A stretch of 64,000 bases of DNA from assembly GCF_006345805.1 (NCBI RefSeq), contig NC_043021.1, positions 9,734,001 through 9,798,000 of the forward strand. Direction: 5' to 3'. The DNA comes from Octopus sinensis (lineage: Eukaryota). Position 1 is the first letter of the stretch. The number at the start of each line of letters is the position of its first letter. Shown here piece by piece: positions 1-13,500 of the stretch. Under the pieces are notes generated by a model. It saw only the letters and a list, made by a program, of their open reading frames with translations. It was not told where the DNA came from and ran no database searches. Made by a program: the position numbers and the translations under genes.

Positions 1-331
1 AATGTGTCGTTGAAGAGATAATGAGATTCCATAGAAACCGGTACCGAATAGGGGTATGGAAGAAGATCCAATAGCTGTAATTAGCAACTGGGTGAGCTGA
101 TAATTGATTAATCATAACTGTTTCTAATTGAGGCACAAAGCCAGCGATTTTGCAAGGGTGGGGATTAGTTGATTAAATAAGTCCCAGTACTTGACTGGTA
201 TTTTATTTTACCAACTCCAGAAGGATGAAAGGCATAGCTGTCCTCAGTGAGATTTGAACTCTGAATGTAAAGAGTCAGAATACCAAAAGGCATTTTTCCT
301 GCACCCTATCAATTCTGCCAATCCACAGCCC

Positions 332-362
<31 letters not shown>

Positions 363-467
363 GACAACCACCATCGGCATTATCATCAATTGCTTACTGT
401 GTGCAGGAAGCTGAGTAATTCTTCAGCCTGCCTACCAGTTCCGAAGATGGACGAGAATTTTAACCGA

Positions 468-473
468 TTTATT
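468..473 (-). terminator. Candidate polyadenylation signal (AATAAA) of HSDL1
   Basis: AATAAA on the minus strand ~170 nt past the stop codon; positional inference only. Confidence 0.4.
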
Positions 474-549
474 TTTTCGATAATTTTTTTTTTAATCTAT
501 GTCTTATTTCATGAGTATGTATAGGTGTATATGTCTGTATGTGTGTGCA

Positions 550-590
<41 letters not shown>

Positions 591-643
591 AAAATAAAAC
601 AGAAAATAATAGAAAATAATCGTAGTCCTAGTGTGCAGCAAAT

Positions 644-763
644 TTATGGTGTGTCAGTGACGCTGCCTGAGTTTCCTCTGCGACGTTGGCGGCGCAAGCC
701 GTTATTTAGATGTGTCGCACACCACATCCATAATGTGCTTGGCAACATCGTTAGCAAATAGAG
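644..763 (-). CDS. HSDL1: HSDL1-like, terminal coding exon 8
   Basis: CCCTTTTCAG acceptor; LYLLTMLPSTLWMWCATHLNNGLRRQ...TP*. The eight exons total 1011 nt = 336 aa plus stop. Confidence 0.88.
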   Translation of the reverse strand, partial: LYLLTMLPSTLWMWCATHLNNGLRRQRRRGNSGSVTDTP

Positions 764-1559
764 CTGAAAAGGGAGAAAGAAAAACGGTGAAACTCCTGCA
801 TGTAATATGTATGAGGATACATGTAGCATTGTATGAGACATGAGACAGACATGTAGCACAGAATGAGATATGGCAAGTGACAGCTACATGAGAGAGAAAG
901 GGAGGGATAGAGAAACATTACATTTTTACTTAATATTTGGATGCCCTTCGTTCTACAAACAACTCAACCGTGAAGTTTAGCATCATATGCCAAATGCTTG
1001 ACATAATGGTTGTATGGTTCAGAAACTGGCTTTGTAACCACATGGTTTCAAGTTCAATCCTACTCTGTGACAACTTGGGCATATGTCTTCTTTTATAGAC
1101 TTGTGTTGACCAATGCCTTGTCAGTGAGTTTGGTAGACAGAAACTGTGTGGAACCGGACCAGACCGGTTCTTGAATGGTACTAGCCCTTGGGTGCTTTTG
1201 ACAGAGTCTTTACTGCAAGCATTCAGGCCAGGTCACAAGTTTGAAGATAACTTTCTTTTTTTCTTCCTACCAATCTCAAAAGCCTTGACCAAGAACCAGG
1301 GTTAACCATTAGAAAAAGAAAAAAAAGTAGAGTGAACTCCAAACAGTGATGGGCGAAATACCACTAAGCATTTTGTCCAGCTTGATGAAGTTAGTAATAT
1401 AGACTTGTCTTCTAACTCTTCTCTGCTTCTTCTCATCATTTATGTGTATCACAAGTTATCACCCATGCACACACACACACACACACACACACTGAGATGT
1501 GTGTGTGTGTGTCCATGCAAGGAAAATTAGCTAAGAGAAATAACTCAGCATGACCAACG

Positions 1560-2010
1560 GTAAGTATATAATAATAATGAAATTATTGTATACAGTGCTC
1601 AGGTGCACCACAACTTGTCAGACAGTGCATATAAAGTACATGCAGTAATGTACAAATGTCTGGAAAGTGAACAGTGTATGAGTCAGATACATGCTTGTGT
1701 GTGTATGGAGGGGAGAAAATCAAGTGTAGTGTTGGCGAATCTCAGGAAGCATGGACGTTTTGAAGGATGCAGTGCTCCGACAACTAACAACTGATGCCGG
1801 CAGATTGTTCCATGCTTCAGCAATTCTTAGCATGAAAAAATGTTGCCGAAAGTCATGGGAGCTGTGCTGTTTTCTGACTTTGTAAATATGTCCACGGGTG
1901 TTAGACAGGTGGAGTTTGAAAAGGTGCTCAGAGTTATTGTTTGTAAGATGGTTAATAATTTTTTTAAACGTGAATAAAGATGTATTAAATAACATATAAG
2001 ATAAATTCTT
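1560..2010 (-). mobile_element. CR1/L2-type LINE 3' fragment
   Basis: TRGHIYKVRK...RQHFFMLRIAEAWNNLPASVV...FK C-terminal signature, 3' UTR and (TAT)n tail; short copies of the same 3' end at ~17998-18047 and ~20690-20790. Confidence 0.8.
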
Positions 2011-2108
2011 ATCATCATCATCAATCTTTAACATCTTGGAAGTGATTTCCACAAATCCAAACAGACAATGAAGAAGATTTAGTTATTGAGAAACCAAAGT
2101 AAACTTAC

Positions 2109-2418
2109 CATGAGTGAATGAGGCCAATATCCTGTTGTTCTGTTGGAGAAACCGAGCGTGGTAATAGCGTGTCTTGCATAGACGCTGGCTGAGGGGATCA
2201 AGAGATTTGGGTTTGATAGTGTTGCACTGAAGTGTGTCATTCTAGTGGCTACATAGAGAGGTACTAAGCTTTGAAAGATTACACCACTGTCCCTGTATTC
2301 ATACTGTAGTGCTTGTACAAAGTAGTCAACATATTTTTTAGTGCCTGCATAAACAGTCAGTTGGGGGGTGATATTGATGCAGCTAGCTGAAGACATCATA
2401 ACTATGGCACCTCGCTTT
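2109..2418 (-). CDS. HSDL1: HSDL1-like, coding exon 7 (catalytic S and YxxxK)
   Basis: ATTTCAG acceptor; KRGAIVMMSSAS...VYAGTKKYVDYFVQALQYEY...RTTGYWPHSLM; GTAAGT donor. Confidence 0.93.
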
Positions 2419-3109
2419 CTGAAATGTGAAATTTGGAGGCGGATTAAATTAGTTAAACAACACCATAAAAAAAAAACTGTTCAATTTCAGATGTCAATTT
2501 TTGTATCTATTTTTCGGTGCAAACTACAATGTTTTTGCTATCGATAGTAGTAGTAGTCGCAGCAGCAGGTATGTTTGTTCCTTTTCGAGCCATGCCTGGC
2601 TCATAAGGGCCAGTTTTCCGGTTTCACTGGCATATAGGTTCCCCACCTGGATAGGATGCCAGTCCATCAAAGGTGAGCTGCTAGATGCAGGAGGAAAGGG
2701 TGAGAGAAAGTTGTGGTGAAAGAATCAGCAGAAGTTCGCCATCACCTTCTGCCGGAGCCACGTGGAGCTTAGGTGTTTCACTCATAAACACACAAACATC
2801 GCCTGGTCTGAGATTCGAAGCCACAACCCCTCGACCACGAGTGCACTGCTCTAACCACTAGGCCATGTTCTTCCACAGTAGTAATAGTAGTAATCCTTTC
2901 TTATTTTGGCACAAGGCCAGCAATTACAGAGGAAGGAGGTAAGTCAATTACATCGATCCCAGTACTTGGCTCCAACTTATTTTATCGACCCAGAAAGGAT
3001 GAAAGGCAAAGTCGACCTCAGAACATAAAAATGAACGAAATACCACTAAGTATTTTACCCAATAATAGCGGTGACAGTGGTGAAATAATGATGTGGCATT
3101 AATTATGGT

Positions 3110-3450
3110 GGTGTTGACGGTGGCTCATACCTTCACATCAAATTCATCATTGAAATCATTATTGACCCTTACCTTACTGCATCTTTCTACATAGCTTACA
3201 TAAAGTTCTCACAAGTCATTTACCTACACCTAATTTCATTAGTAACCACCAAATCACCTAGTATGGTACCCAGTGAAACACCTTCTCCAAGTTCAACAGG
3301 TGCCAAGAATAGTGATTTACTCTTAGCCAAGTATTTCTCCTGTAATTGCCTCAAAGGAAGATTGCATTCATGGTACTTCTGCTAGGCACAAACCCAAACT
3401 GCATCTTATCAAGGCCTGCTTTGTCATGGATCAATTGTGCTGTAACGCTC
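3110..3450 (-). mobile_element. RTE LINE reverse-transcriptase fragment (degenerate)
   Basis: MQFGFVPSRSTMNAIFL*RQLQEKYLAKSKSLFLA...LEK resembles the RTE motif QFGF.PGRSTTDAIF..RQLQEK. Confidence 0.7.
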
Positions 3451-3508
3451 TCTCTCCATAACCTGATTCAGTTGTTTGATTCTTCTATAGTTTTTTTTTC
3501 CTCTAAGG

Positions 3509-4168
3509 CAGTGTTTCTGAACCTTTTTACCCTTGTGTAACCCTTAAAACCCCTGCACAAAAAAAAGTATATACCATATCTTTCACATATTTTTCATCAT
3601 AGTTCACATGGTAAATATCTCTCTTTTACTTGTTTCAGTCATTTGACTGCGGCCATGCTGGAGCACCGCCTTTAGTCGAGCAAATCGACCCCAGGACGCA
3701 TTCTTTGTAAGCCTAGTACTTATTCTATTGGTCTGTTTTGCTGAACCGCTAAGTTACGGGGACGTAAACACACCAGCATCAGTTGTCAAGCGATGTTGGG
3801 GGACAAACACAGACACACAAACATATATACATATATACAATGGGCTTCTTTCAGTTTCCGTCTACCAAATCCACTCACAAGGCTTTGGTCAGCCCAAGGC
3901 TATAATAGAAGACACTTGCCCAAGGTGCTGCACAGTGGGAATGAACCCGGAACCATGTGGTTGGTAAGCAAGCTACTTACCACACAGCCACTCCTGCACC
4001 TAATTATATATATATCATATATATAATTATATATATAATGTATGTATATGCACATATAACGTACATGTATAGGAATATTATGATCATGAAATTAGCATTA
4101 GCTTATCTCACACTTTCTTGCGGAACCCCTAGGAACCTTTTGCAGGGAACCATGGTTGAGAAACGCTG
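3509..4168. mobile_element. hAT-type MITE with nested SINE
   Basis: TIRs CAGTGTTTCTGAACC / GGTTGAGAAACGCTG; exact 8-bp TSD CTCTAAGG (3501-3508, 4169-4176); SINE-A inserted at ~3622-3998. Confidence 0.8.
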
Positions 4169-4855
4169 CTCTAAGGTATCTCCTCTGCCTAAACATGGAA
4201 TTATAACCAGAAAGTATGAAAGGGCATGGCCAAGTCATTAGATATTGCACTCACAAGAGTGAGATCATGGTTTTGAATACCAAACTGGTGGAGTGTTGTG
4301 TTCTTGAGCAAAACACTTCATTTCATGTTGGTTCAGTCCACACAGCTGTAAATGATTAACCCTGCAATGGATGGGTTGTCCATTCAGGGTAAATACTGGC
4401 CTGCCTGCTTAACCAGCGAGGCAACAGGCAGCATTCAAAAGCTAAAACAATGTGAGTTACATAGTCATCAGTGGTGTAAATAACCAGATCTGAGAATCTG
4501 GTTGACCCCGTGATAATGTGACAACAGCAAAATAGAAAGAGAACACCATGGTGCAAATGAATTGGGGAGCTTGCAGAATAATGTTGGAATTATGTCAACT
4601 GACTACATAGAAAGATGTGAAACACTGATCGAAACAAACGTAGAATATATATAAAGATAAAGGTTGTAAATATTGGGCCATCATCCGTGAACTCAGACAC
4701 CAACTCCCAGCCACTCTAAGAGTCAGCTGTTCATTTGTAACTGGGCTGATCCACTGGGAGTTTATGAATGCATTACTTGTTATTCCAAATTAGTCTTCTT
4801 CCTAAATGCTTATTATTCTAGCCTGATAGGGTTGTTTTGCATAAGATAAACTTAC

Positions 4856-4890
4856 CTGGAGACCATCTGTGGCAGTATCATATACGTCAT
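4856..4890 (-). CDS. HSDL1: HSDL1-like, coding exon 6
   Basis: TCTTTTCAG acceptor; MTYMILPQMVS(R); GTAAGT donor; ends in phase 2. Confidence 0.88.
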
Positions 4891-5485
4891 CTGAAAAGAA
4901 AATATATCACATTATATATATATTCTTTTATTCTTTTGTTTGTTTCAGTTATTTGACTGTGGCCATGCTGGAGCACCACTTTTAGTTGAGCAAATCGACC
5001 TCAGGACTTATTTGTTGTTAGCCTAGTACTTATTCTATCGGTCCCATTTGCCGAACCACTATGTTACAGGGACGTAAATACACCAGCATCGGTCGTCAAG
5101 TAATGTTGCGGGGGGACAAACACAGACACACAAACATATACATACAAGGCTTATATAACTTACTATTATAGTTACTAGATGAGGAATTACTGTCACCACT
5201 ACAAACTCGTTATTTCTCTGGTTAGAACATGTATGAGTGTGTGTGTGTGTACTTATTCTATTGATATCTTTTGCCAAACTGCAAAAGTTATAGGGACATA
5301 AACAGATCCATGCCAGTTGTTAAGCAGCTATGGCGGACAAACACAGACACAAAGACACACACACATCATACATAAATAAACATACATACACACAATCATT
5401 TACATCCATATAGACCTATCTATAAATGTTCTAATATCTACACAGCCTTGGTTTTTTTTTATCTCATTACGCAAAAAATTATTTT

Positions 5486-5487
<2 letters not shown>

Positions 5488-5562
<75 letters not shown>

Positions 5563-5580
5563 GATAGGCAGGCAGACATC
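5488..5580 (+). repeat. (GACA)n microsatellite
   Basis: Direct inspection. Confidence 0.9.
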
Positions 5581-6593
5581 ACCAAGCATATGTACAAAAG
5601 TAATATCATCAGACAAAAAAAATTACAAAAACTTCTCACCAAACAGAAGTGAGAGAAGTAACATCAGTAAACATGAGTCATAAATAATGTGACTATGACT
5701 GGACACATATGACTATAGAAATAGTATGACTAAATATGTATGATCACAGAACCGTTTCAACTACATTAATGTGACTAAAGATGTATCAAATACATGTGAC
5801 TACAGATGTAATGTGACTAAACATAAGTAGAGAAGTACTGTGATTAGACAAATGTGACTAATTGTGTGACTACTGATGTAATGTTACTAGATATACATAA
5901 CCACAAGTATGTAATTTATGAGTTAGCCCTTTAAAATTCAGATTATTTTGTCAAATGTAATGCTTATTTATTCACATTGTTTTGAATTAATTGTGCATTA
6001 TCTTGCAGCTTTGAGATTTTGAAAATGTCATTGTATATTTTTAAAATGATATTGTAGAGTAGGTGTGAGAGGCTGGATCTGACCAGTGTGAACATATGAT
6101 AGGTAGAAGACTTGAGCCAGTTTGAACATATAACTGGTAGAATATCTGGGCCAGTTTAAACATACCTGGGAGAATATCTGGACTAGTTTGAACATATAAT
6201 TGGTAGAATATCTGAGCAAGTTTGAGCATATCATCATCGTTTAACGTCCGTTTTCCATGCTTGCATGGGGTGGTCAGTTCGACCAGGGTCTCGGAAGCCA
6301 GGAGGCTGCACCAGGCTCCAGTCTGATCTGGCAGTGTTTCTATAGCTGGATGCCCTTCCTAACACCAACCACTCCACGAGTGTAGTGGGTGCTTTTTACG
6401 TGCCACCGGCACAGGGGCCAGAGGGGGCGCTGGCATCGGCCACGTTCAGATGGTGCTTTTTACGTGCCACTGGCACAGATATCACAACTACAATTTCCAT
6501 TTGATTCTTATTTTGATGCATATAACTGTTAGAATGTCTGGGATGGTTTGGGCCCAAATGCTAAAGAGTTAAGCAAGTCAGTTGAACACTTAC

Positions 6594-6638
6594 CATAGTT
6601 GTGGCTGAGATATTGACATTAATAAGTTGCCAGAGTCT
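6594..6638 (-). CDS. HSDL1: HSDL1-like, coding exon 5
   Basis: TTGTTACAG acceptor; RLWQLINVNISATTM; GTAAGT donor; phase 0 to phase 0. Confidence 0.9.
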
Positions 6639-7516
6639 CTGTAACAAAACAAAATGATAAAAACTATGTTAAACTACAATAGAATTATAATGAAGGCATA
6701 CTTTAAATATATTTCTCTTACATTGCATGTCTACAGGGAAGCTTAAAGAATTATTTCAGCTAATGAGGAAGCTTTTATATCAGACATGGGCAATTTTTCA
6801 ATGAAAATTGGGCAGCATGAGACATGGCTGATCAACAGACAGGTTGCACTACTAAAAAAATTCAAGGTAATTTTTTTATTAGGCATGCCTTTCAGAAAAT
6901 CCATGACTGTTCTATATAGTCATTTGACCTACTAGAAATAGTAGCTAAGTCTCCTTCAAATTTCATCCAACCAACTTTAAAAAATGAAGGACGCTTTAAA
7001 TAAAGAGATCTTAGATACAGTACATCTGAAGGAAAGATGGAATGGCCATAATCATAGTGCCCTTAATCATAGATCTGGGTTGAGACTGAACATCCACCCC
7101 ACCACTTCCAACACAACTCTTGGAAGCCACAACCTGGATACTCAACCTCTTTGAAGCAGCAACCAAATTTCCCTAAAATCATGCCCTACCATCTTACAAA
7201 AGGGCACATTGGATAATATAACTCTGGATTCCCTGGACCAGTGAAAAAGACAGGATGGTCATGGCTGGAATGCATTTGATTCCAGACCGCCACTGCCTTG
7301 CAACCATACCCAGCCATGGGAAAGGCTCATGATTATATAGGAACATAAAACAATTAGTGATGGCATGGTACAAGCTTCCAGATCATGGTCGCGAGTGATG
7401 GCTATGCCTGTTTCCATCAACTGAACCACTCCACAGTCAATGCCCCCCTCTTCAGCTTATCATTTATAATAATTTTACATTCCAGTTTGAAGCTCAATAT
7501 AAAACAGACCACTCAC

Positions 7517-7575
7517 CTCCTCGGGGACTTCAAGAAATAACTGTGGATAATGGTACATAACTCCAACATTATTGA
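7517..7575 (-). CDS. HSDL1: HSDL1-like, coding exon 4 (NNVG motif)
   Basis: TTTTTTCAG acceptor; INNVGVMYHYPQLFLEVPEE; GTGAGT donor. Confidence 0.9.
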
Positions 7576-8099
7576 CTGAAAAAATTTGATAAATAAATAA
7601 ATATATAGATAAATCAACTAATTTGTCATTAGCAATGAAAACAGTATTAGTTCAAATTAGCAGTCTGTGCATTACACTTAATGCAGATACACTGTAGCAA
7701 GCCTGGAAACTGTGGCATTTGTCTCAAGAAAGAATCTCTTATAGATGTATAGTGCTAAAAGACACTAGTGTCTAGCAGCAGTGGTGAAATTGCATCATCA
7801 TTAGCAAGCATCCACTAGCCCTACATGCTAAGACAAATTTAACCTACATTGATATAGAAAAACAGTGATTAATAAATCACTGGTGTTGCAATTAGCTGGC
7901 AGGCAGGATTTTGATATTAGCAACACAGAACATAGTATATCTGGGTTAAGTGTGACATACAGAATGCTAATTTGAACTAGTACTGCTCTCATTGCTAAAT
8001 AAACTAAAGACATAGTGCAAAGTAATAAGCATGGCTTTTGACCAGCTATGCAGTTACTGGCTGTAGCTAGTGACTAGACAGACAGACATTAGTCCTAGG

Positions 8100-8440
8100 T
8101 GTTCACTAGACAGACAGTTATTGGTTGTAAGTAGTGACTCAACAGGTAGTCATGACTCAACAGACAGACATTGGTTGTAGGAGGTGACAGACAGCTATTG
8201 GCTGTGAGTAGTGACTCAACAGATATATTGGCTGTAAGTAGTGACTCAACAGATATATTGGCTGTGAGTAGTGACTCAACAGATATATTGGCTGTAAGTA
8301 GTGACTCAACAGATATATTGGCTGTGAGTAGTGACTCAACAGGTAGTCATTGGCTCTAGGTAGTGACCCCACAGACAGACATTGGTTGTAGGAAGTGACT
8401 CAACAGACAGATATTTGCTGCAGGCGGTGACTCAACAGAC
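8100..8440 (+). repeat. 30-bp minisatellite (AGATATATTGGCTGT[G/A]AGTAGTGACTCAAC)
   Basis: Five near-perfect units at 8191-8340 alternating G/A, with degenerate flanking units. Confidence 0.9.
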
Positions 8441-8519
8441 AGGTGTTGACAAGACAGACATAAGTTATGGATGACAAGTGAACAGACACAGAGATTGTGG
8501 GTGATGTTTAGGCAGGTAC

Positions 8520-8830
8520 AAAGTGTTTGTGCAAGGTTTTCTTCTGCCTAATTCAGAAAGAGGAGCTTGCAGTACCTCTAAGTAACTCCTGTAGTTTCTG
8601 CATGGACCAAAGCATCTCCAGTCTTTATTTCACCTGAGGTTTGAGCATCCTAAGGTCAACTATTACCATATCCTTATGTCTTTCTTGGGATTCCTTTCCT
8701 GCTGCTTCCTTCCACCTGGGTAACTTGGCACTTCTTTACCCAATAGTTATCCTTCTTATGCATCACATGTCTGTAGCAGAACAGTGTTCTCTCTTGTACA
8801 CTACAGCCAATTTCTCTTATACCAAATTCT
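8520..8830 (-). mobile_element. RTE LINE 3' coding fragment
   Basis: RHVMHKKDNYWVKKCQVTQVEGSSRKGIPRKT resembles the RTE C-terminal GHV.R...WVKK....VEG...RGRPRKTW. Confidence 0.65.
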
Positions 8831-8939
8831 AATAGATAAAAAGATAAATATGCCAACATGGAAAGTGGATGTTAAAGGATGATGATGAAACATATATACA
8901 CATATATATACAAATATACACACATGCATGTATACACAG

Positions 8940-9332
8940 ACAATCTGTGCTGGTGGCATGTAAAAAGCACCATTCAAGCATGATTGTTACCAGCGTCACC
9001 TTACTGGCACTTGTGCCAGTGGCATGTGAAAAAACATTTGAGCGGGGTCGTTGGCAGTACCACTAGACTGGCTCCTGTGCAGGTAGCATGTAAAAAAACA
9101 CCCTCTGAGCGTGGCCGTTGCCAGTACTGCCTGACTGACCCTCATGCCGGTGGCACGTAAAAGCACTCACTACACTCTCGGAGTGGTTGGCATTAGGAAG
9201 GGCATCCAGCTGTAGAAACTCTGCCAGATCAAGATTGGAGCCTGGTGCAGCCATCTGGTTCGCCAGTCCTTGGTCAAATCGTCCAACTCATGCTAGCATG
9301 GAAAGCGGATATTAAACGATGATGATGATGAT
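8940..9332 (+). mobile_element. RTE-tailed SINE family C with (GAT)n tail (representative copy)
   Basis: Internal GTGCCGGTGGCAC repeats, GGTTGGCATTAGGAAGGGCATCCAGCTGTAGAAAC core, (GAT)n tail. Others at ~6231, 21240, 25437, 27185, 28295, 47145, 59255, 63035. Confidence 0.8.
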
Positions 9333-9602
9333 ATATATATGTATATAATACATTCACATACGCACATGGATAATGACATTAGGAAAAACAAATTCAGATT
9401 TCAACATTTATTTCTAACACAGGCCACACCACAAGGCCACATATTTTCTAAGAGGTATGTGGGTACACTCAATCACAGCTACACCAGTATCTGATTAAAC
9501 TTAATTCTATCAACCCCATAAATAGACATAACTAAATATCACAAATGACACAAACCATTTTGTAACCATTTTTCTACTTATTTTAACAATGTACCCTCCC
9601 CA

Positions 9603-9922
9603 CCATGGAGGCACATGGCCTAGTGGTTAGAGCAGCAAATTCGCGGTCGAGGGATTGCGGGGGTTTGAATCACAGACCGGGCGATGTGTGTGTTTATGAG
9701 CGAAACACCTAAGCTCCAAGCGGATCTGGCAGAAGGCAATGGCGAAACTTCTGCTGACTCTTTCGCCACAACTTTCCCTCACTCTTTCCTCCTGCATCTT
9801 GTAGCTCACCTGCAAAGGTGCCGGCGTCCCGTCCAGGTGGGGAACCTATATGCCAAGGAAACCATGGAAACTGGCCCTTATGAGACAGGCGTGGCTCGAG
9901 AAGGAACAAACAACAACAACCC
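9603..9922 (+). mobile_element. tRNA-derived SINE family D with (AAC)n tail (representative copy)
   Basis: A/B-box-like head TGGCCTAGTGGTTAGAGC...GGTTTGAATC. Others at ~2570-2878, 16035-16207, 24725-25095 (minus). Confidence 0.75.
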
Positions 9923-9940
9923 TCTCCCACCAGAATTTAC

Positions 9941-10335
9941 TCTTTTACTTGTTTCAGTCATTTGACTGCGGCCATGCTGGAGCACCGCCTTTAGTCGAGC
10001 AAATCGACCCCGGGACTTATTCTTTGTAAGCCCAGTACTTATTCTATCGGTCTCTTTTGCCGAACCGCTAAGTGACGGGGACGTAAACACACCAGCATCG
10101 GTTGTCAAGCGATGTTGGGGGGGGTGACAAACACAGACACACAAACACACACACACATATATACATATATACGACAGGCTTCTTTCAGTTTCCGTCTACC
10201 AAATCCACTCACAAGGCATTGGTCGGCCCGGGGCTATAGCAGAAGACACTTGCCCAAGATGCCACGCAGTGGGACTGAACCCGCAACCATGTGGTTGGTT
10301 AGCAAGCTACTTACCACACAGCCACTCCTGCGCCT
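9941..10335 (-). mobile_element. tRNA-derived SINE family A (representative copy)
   Basis: tRNA-like head (GGCTGTGTGGTAAG...GGGTTCAGTCCC), central microsatellite, tail ...CAGCATGGCCGCAGTCAAATGACTGAAACAAGTAAAAGAG. More than 15 copies or fragments, e.g. 3622-3998, 29660-29998, 43790-44285, 47340-47755, 48635-49033, 55618-55992, 62295-62668. Confidence 0.85.
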
Positions 10336-10416
10336 CCAGCCACTCCACATTCAATATAAAACATTCTTTTTTTAAAAAATCTGCACAAGAATATAATATG
10401 AGGTATTGGCACTTAC

Positions 10417-10527
10417 TTAGAATTCCTATTTCTTTGTCCTTAATCTGTGACCAAATTTTTTGATAAACTTCTTGGTTAGCAGAAAAGTCTACAACAATGG
10501 GAATGACTTCAACACCGAACTGATGTG
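10417..10527 (-). CDS. HSDL1: HSDL1-like, coding exon 3 (the only complete copy, at the end of the tandem array)
   Basis: TTTTTGCAG acceptor; AHQFGVEVIPIVVDFSANQEVYQKIWSQIKDKEIGIL; GTAAGT donor; 111 nt keeps the frame between exons 2 and 4. Confidence 0.9.
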
Positions 10528-13500
10528 CTGCAAAAATGAAATATAAACAAGAATTGAATGATTAAGATAACCAGTTAATTAAGATGACACCAGCAGATAA
10601 TCTGTTAGATAGAACAGGTTATCTACTGATATAAATATAAAATAAGTATTTAGAATTAAGGGCTGTTAGCAGAAAAGTCTACAACAATGGGAATGACTTC
10701 AACACCAAACTGATGTGCTGCAAAAATGAAATATAGACAAGAATTGAATGATTAAGATAACCAGTTAATTAAGATGACACCAGTAGATAATCTGTTAGAT
10801 AGAACAGGTTATCTACTGATATAAATATAAAATAATATTTAGAATTAAGGGCTGTTAGCAGAAAAGTCTACAACAATGGGAATGACTTCAACACCAAACT
10901 GATGTGCTGCAAAAATGAAATATAGACAAGAATTGAATGATTAAGATAACCAGTTAATTAAGATGACACCAGTAGATAATCTGTTAGATAGAACAGGTTA
11001 TCTACTGATATAAATATAAAATAATATTTAGAATTAAGGGCTGTTAGCAGAAAAGTCTACAACAACGGGAATGACTTCAACACCGAACTGATGTGCTGCA
11101 AAAATGAAATATAAACAAGAATTGAATGATTAAGATAACCAGTTAATTAAGATGACACCAGCAGGTAATCTGTTAGATAGAACAGGTTATCTACTGATAT
11201 AAATATAAAATAAGTATTTAGAATTAAGGGCTGTTAGCAGAAAAGTCTACAACAATGGAATGACTTCAACACAAAACTGATGTGCTGCAAAAATGAAATA
11301 TAGACAAGAATTGAATGATTAAGATAACCAGTTAATTAAGATGACACCAGTAGATAATCTGTTAGATAGAACAGGTTATCTACTGATATAAATATAAAAT
11401 AATATTTAGAATTAAGGGCTGTTAGCAGAAAAGTCTACAACAATGGGAATGACTTCAACACCAAACTGATGTGCTGCAAAAATGAAATATAGACAAGAAT
11501 TGAATGATTAAGATAACCAGTTAATTAAGATGACACCAGTAGATAATCTGTTAGATAGAACAGGTATCTACTGATATAAATATAAAATAATATTTAGAAT
11601 TAAGGGCTGTTAGCAGAAAAGTCTACAACAACGGGAATGACTTCAACACCGAACTGATGTGCTGCAAAAATGAAATATAAACAAGAATTGAATGATTAAG
11701 ATAACCAGTTAATTAAGATGACACCAGCAGGTAATCTGTTAGATAGAACAGGTTATCTACTGATATAAATATAAAATAAGTATTTAGAATTAAGGGCTGT
11801 TAGCAGAAAAGTCTACAACAATGGGAATGACTTCAACACCAACTGATGTGCTGTAAAAATGAAATATAAACAAGAATGAATGATTAAGATAACCAGTAAT
11901 TAAGATGACACCAGTAGATAATCTGTTAGATAGAACAGGTTATCTACTGATATAAATATAAAATAATATTTAGAATTAAGGGCTGTTAGCAGAAAAGTCT
12001 ACAACAATGGGAATGACTTCAACACCGAACTGATGTGCTGCAAAAATGAAATATAGACAAGAATTGAATGATTAAGATAACCAGTTAATTAAGATGACAC
12101 CAGTAGATAATCTGTTAGATAGAACAGGTTATCTACTGATATAAATATAAAATAATATTTAGAATTAAGGGCTGTTAGCAGAAAAGTCTACAACAATGGG
12201 AATGACTTCAACACCAAACTGATGTGCTGCAAAAATGAAATATAGACAAGAATTGAATGATTAAGATAACCAGTTAATTAAGATGACACCAGTAGATAAT
12301 CTGTTAGATAGAACAGGTTATCTACTGATATAAATATAAAATAATATTTAGAATTAAGGGCTGTTAGCAGAAAAGTCTACAACAACGGGAATGACTTCAA
12401 CACCGAACTGATGTGCTGCAAAAATGAAATATAAACAAGAATTGAATGATTAAGATAACCAGTTAATTAAGATGACACCAGCAGGTAATCTGTTAGATAG
12501 AACAGGTTATCTACTGATATAATATAAAATAAGTATTTAGAATTAAGGGCTGTTAGCAGAAAAGTCTACAACAATGGGAATGACTTCAACACCAAACTGA
12601 TGTGCTGCAAAAATGAAATATAGACAAGAATTGAATGATTAAGATAACCAGTTAATTAAGATGACACCAGTAGATAATCTGTTAGATAGAACAGGTTATC
12701 TACTGATATAAATATAAAATAATATTTAGAATTAAGGGCTGTTAGCAGAAAAGTCTACAACAATGGGAATGACTTCAACACCAAACTGATGTGCTGTAAA
12801 AATGAAATATAAACAAGAATTGAATGATTAAGATAACCAGTTAATTAAGATGACACCAGTAGATAATCTGTTAGATAGAACAGGTTATCTACTGATATAA
12901 ATATAAAATAATATTTAGAATTAGGGCTGTTAGCAGAAAAGTCTACAACAATGGAATGACTTCAACACAACACCGAACTGATGTGCTGCAAAAATGAATA
13001 TAGACAAGAATTGAATGATTAAGATAACCAGTTAATTAAGATGACACCAGTAGATAATCTGTTAGATAGAACAGGTTATCTACTGATATAAATATAAAAT
13101 AATATTTAGAATTAAGGGCTGTTAGCAGAAAAGTCTACAACAATGGGAATGACTTCAACACCGAACTGATGTGCTGCAAAAATGAAATATAGACAAGAAT
13201 TGAATGATTAAGATAACCAGTTAATTAAGATGACACCAGTAGATAATCTGTTAGATAGAACAGGTTCTACTGATATAATATAAAATAATATTTAGAATTA
13301 AGGGCTGTTAGCAGAAAAGTCTACAACAATGGGAATGACTTCAACACCAAACTGATGTGCTGTAAAAATGAAATATAAACAAGAATTGAATGATTAAGAT
13401 AACCAGTTAATTAAGATGACACCAGTAGATAATCTGTTAGATAGAACAGGTTATCTACTGATATAAATATAAAATAATATTTAGAATTAAGGGCTGTTAG

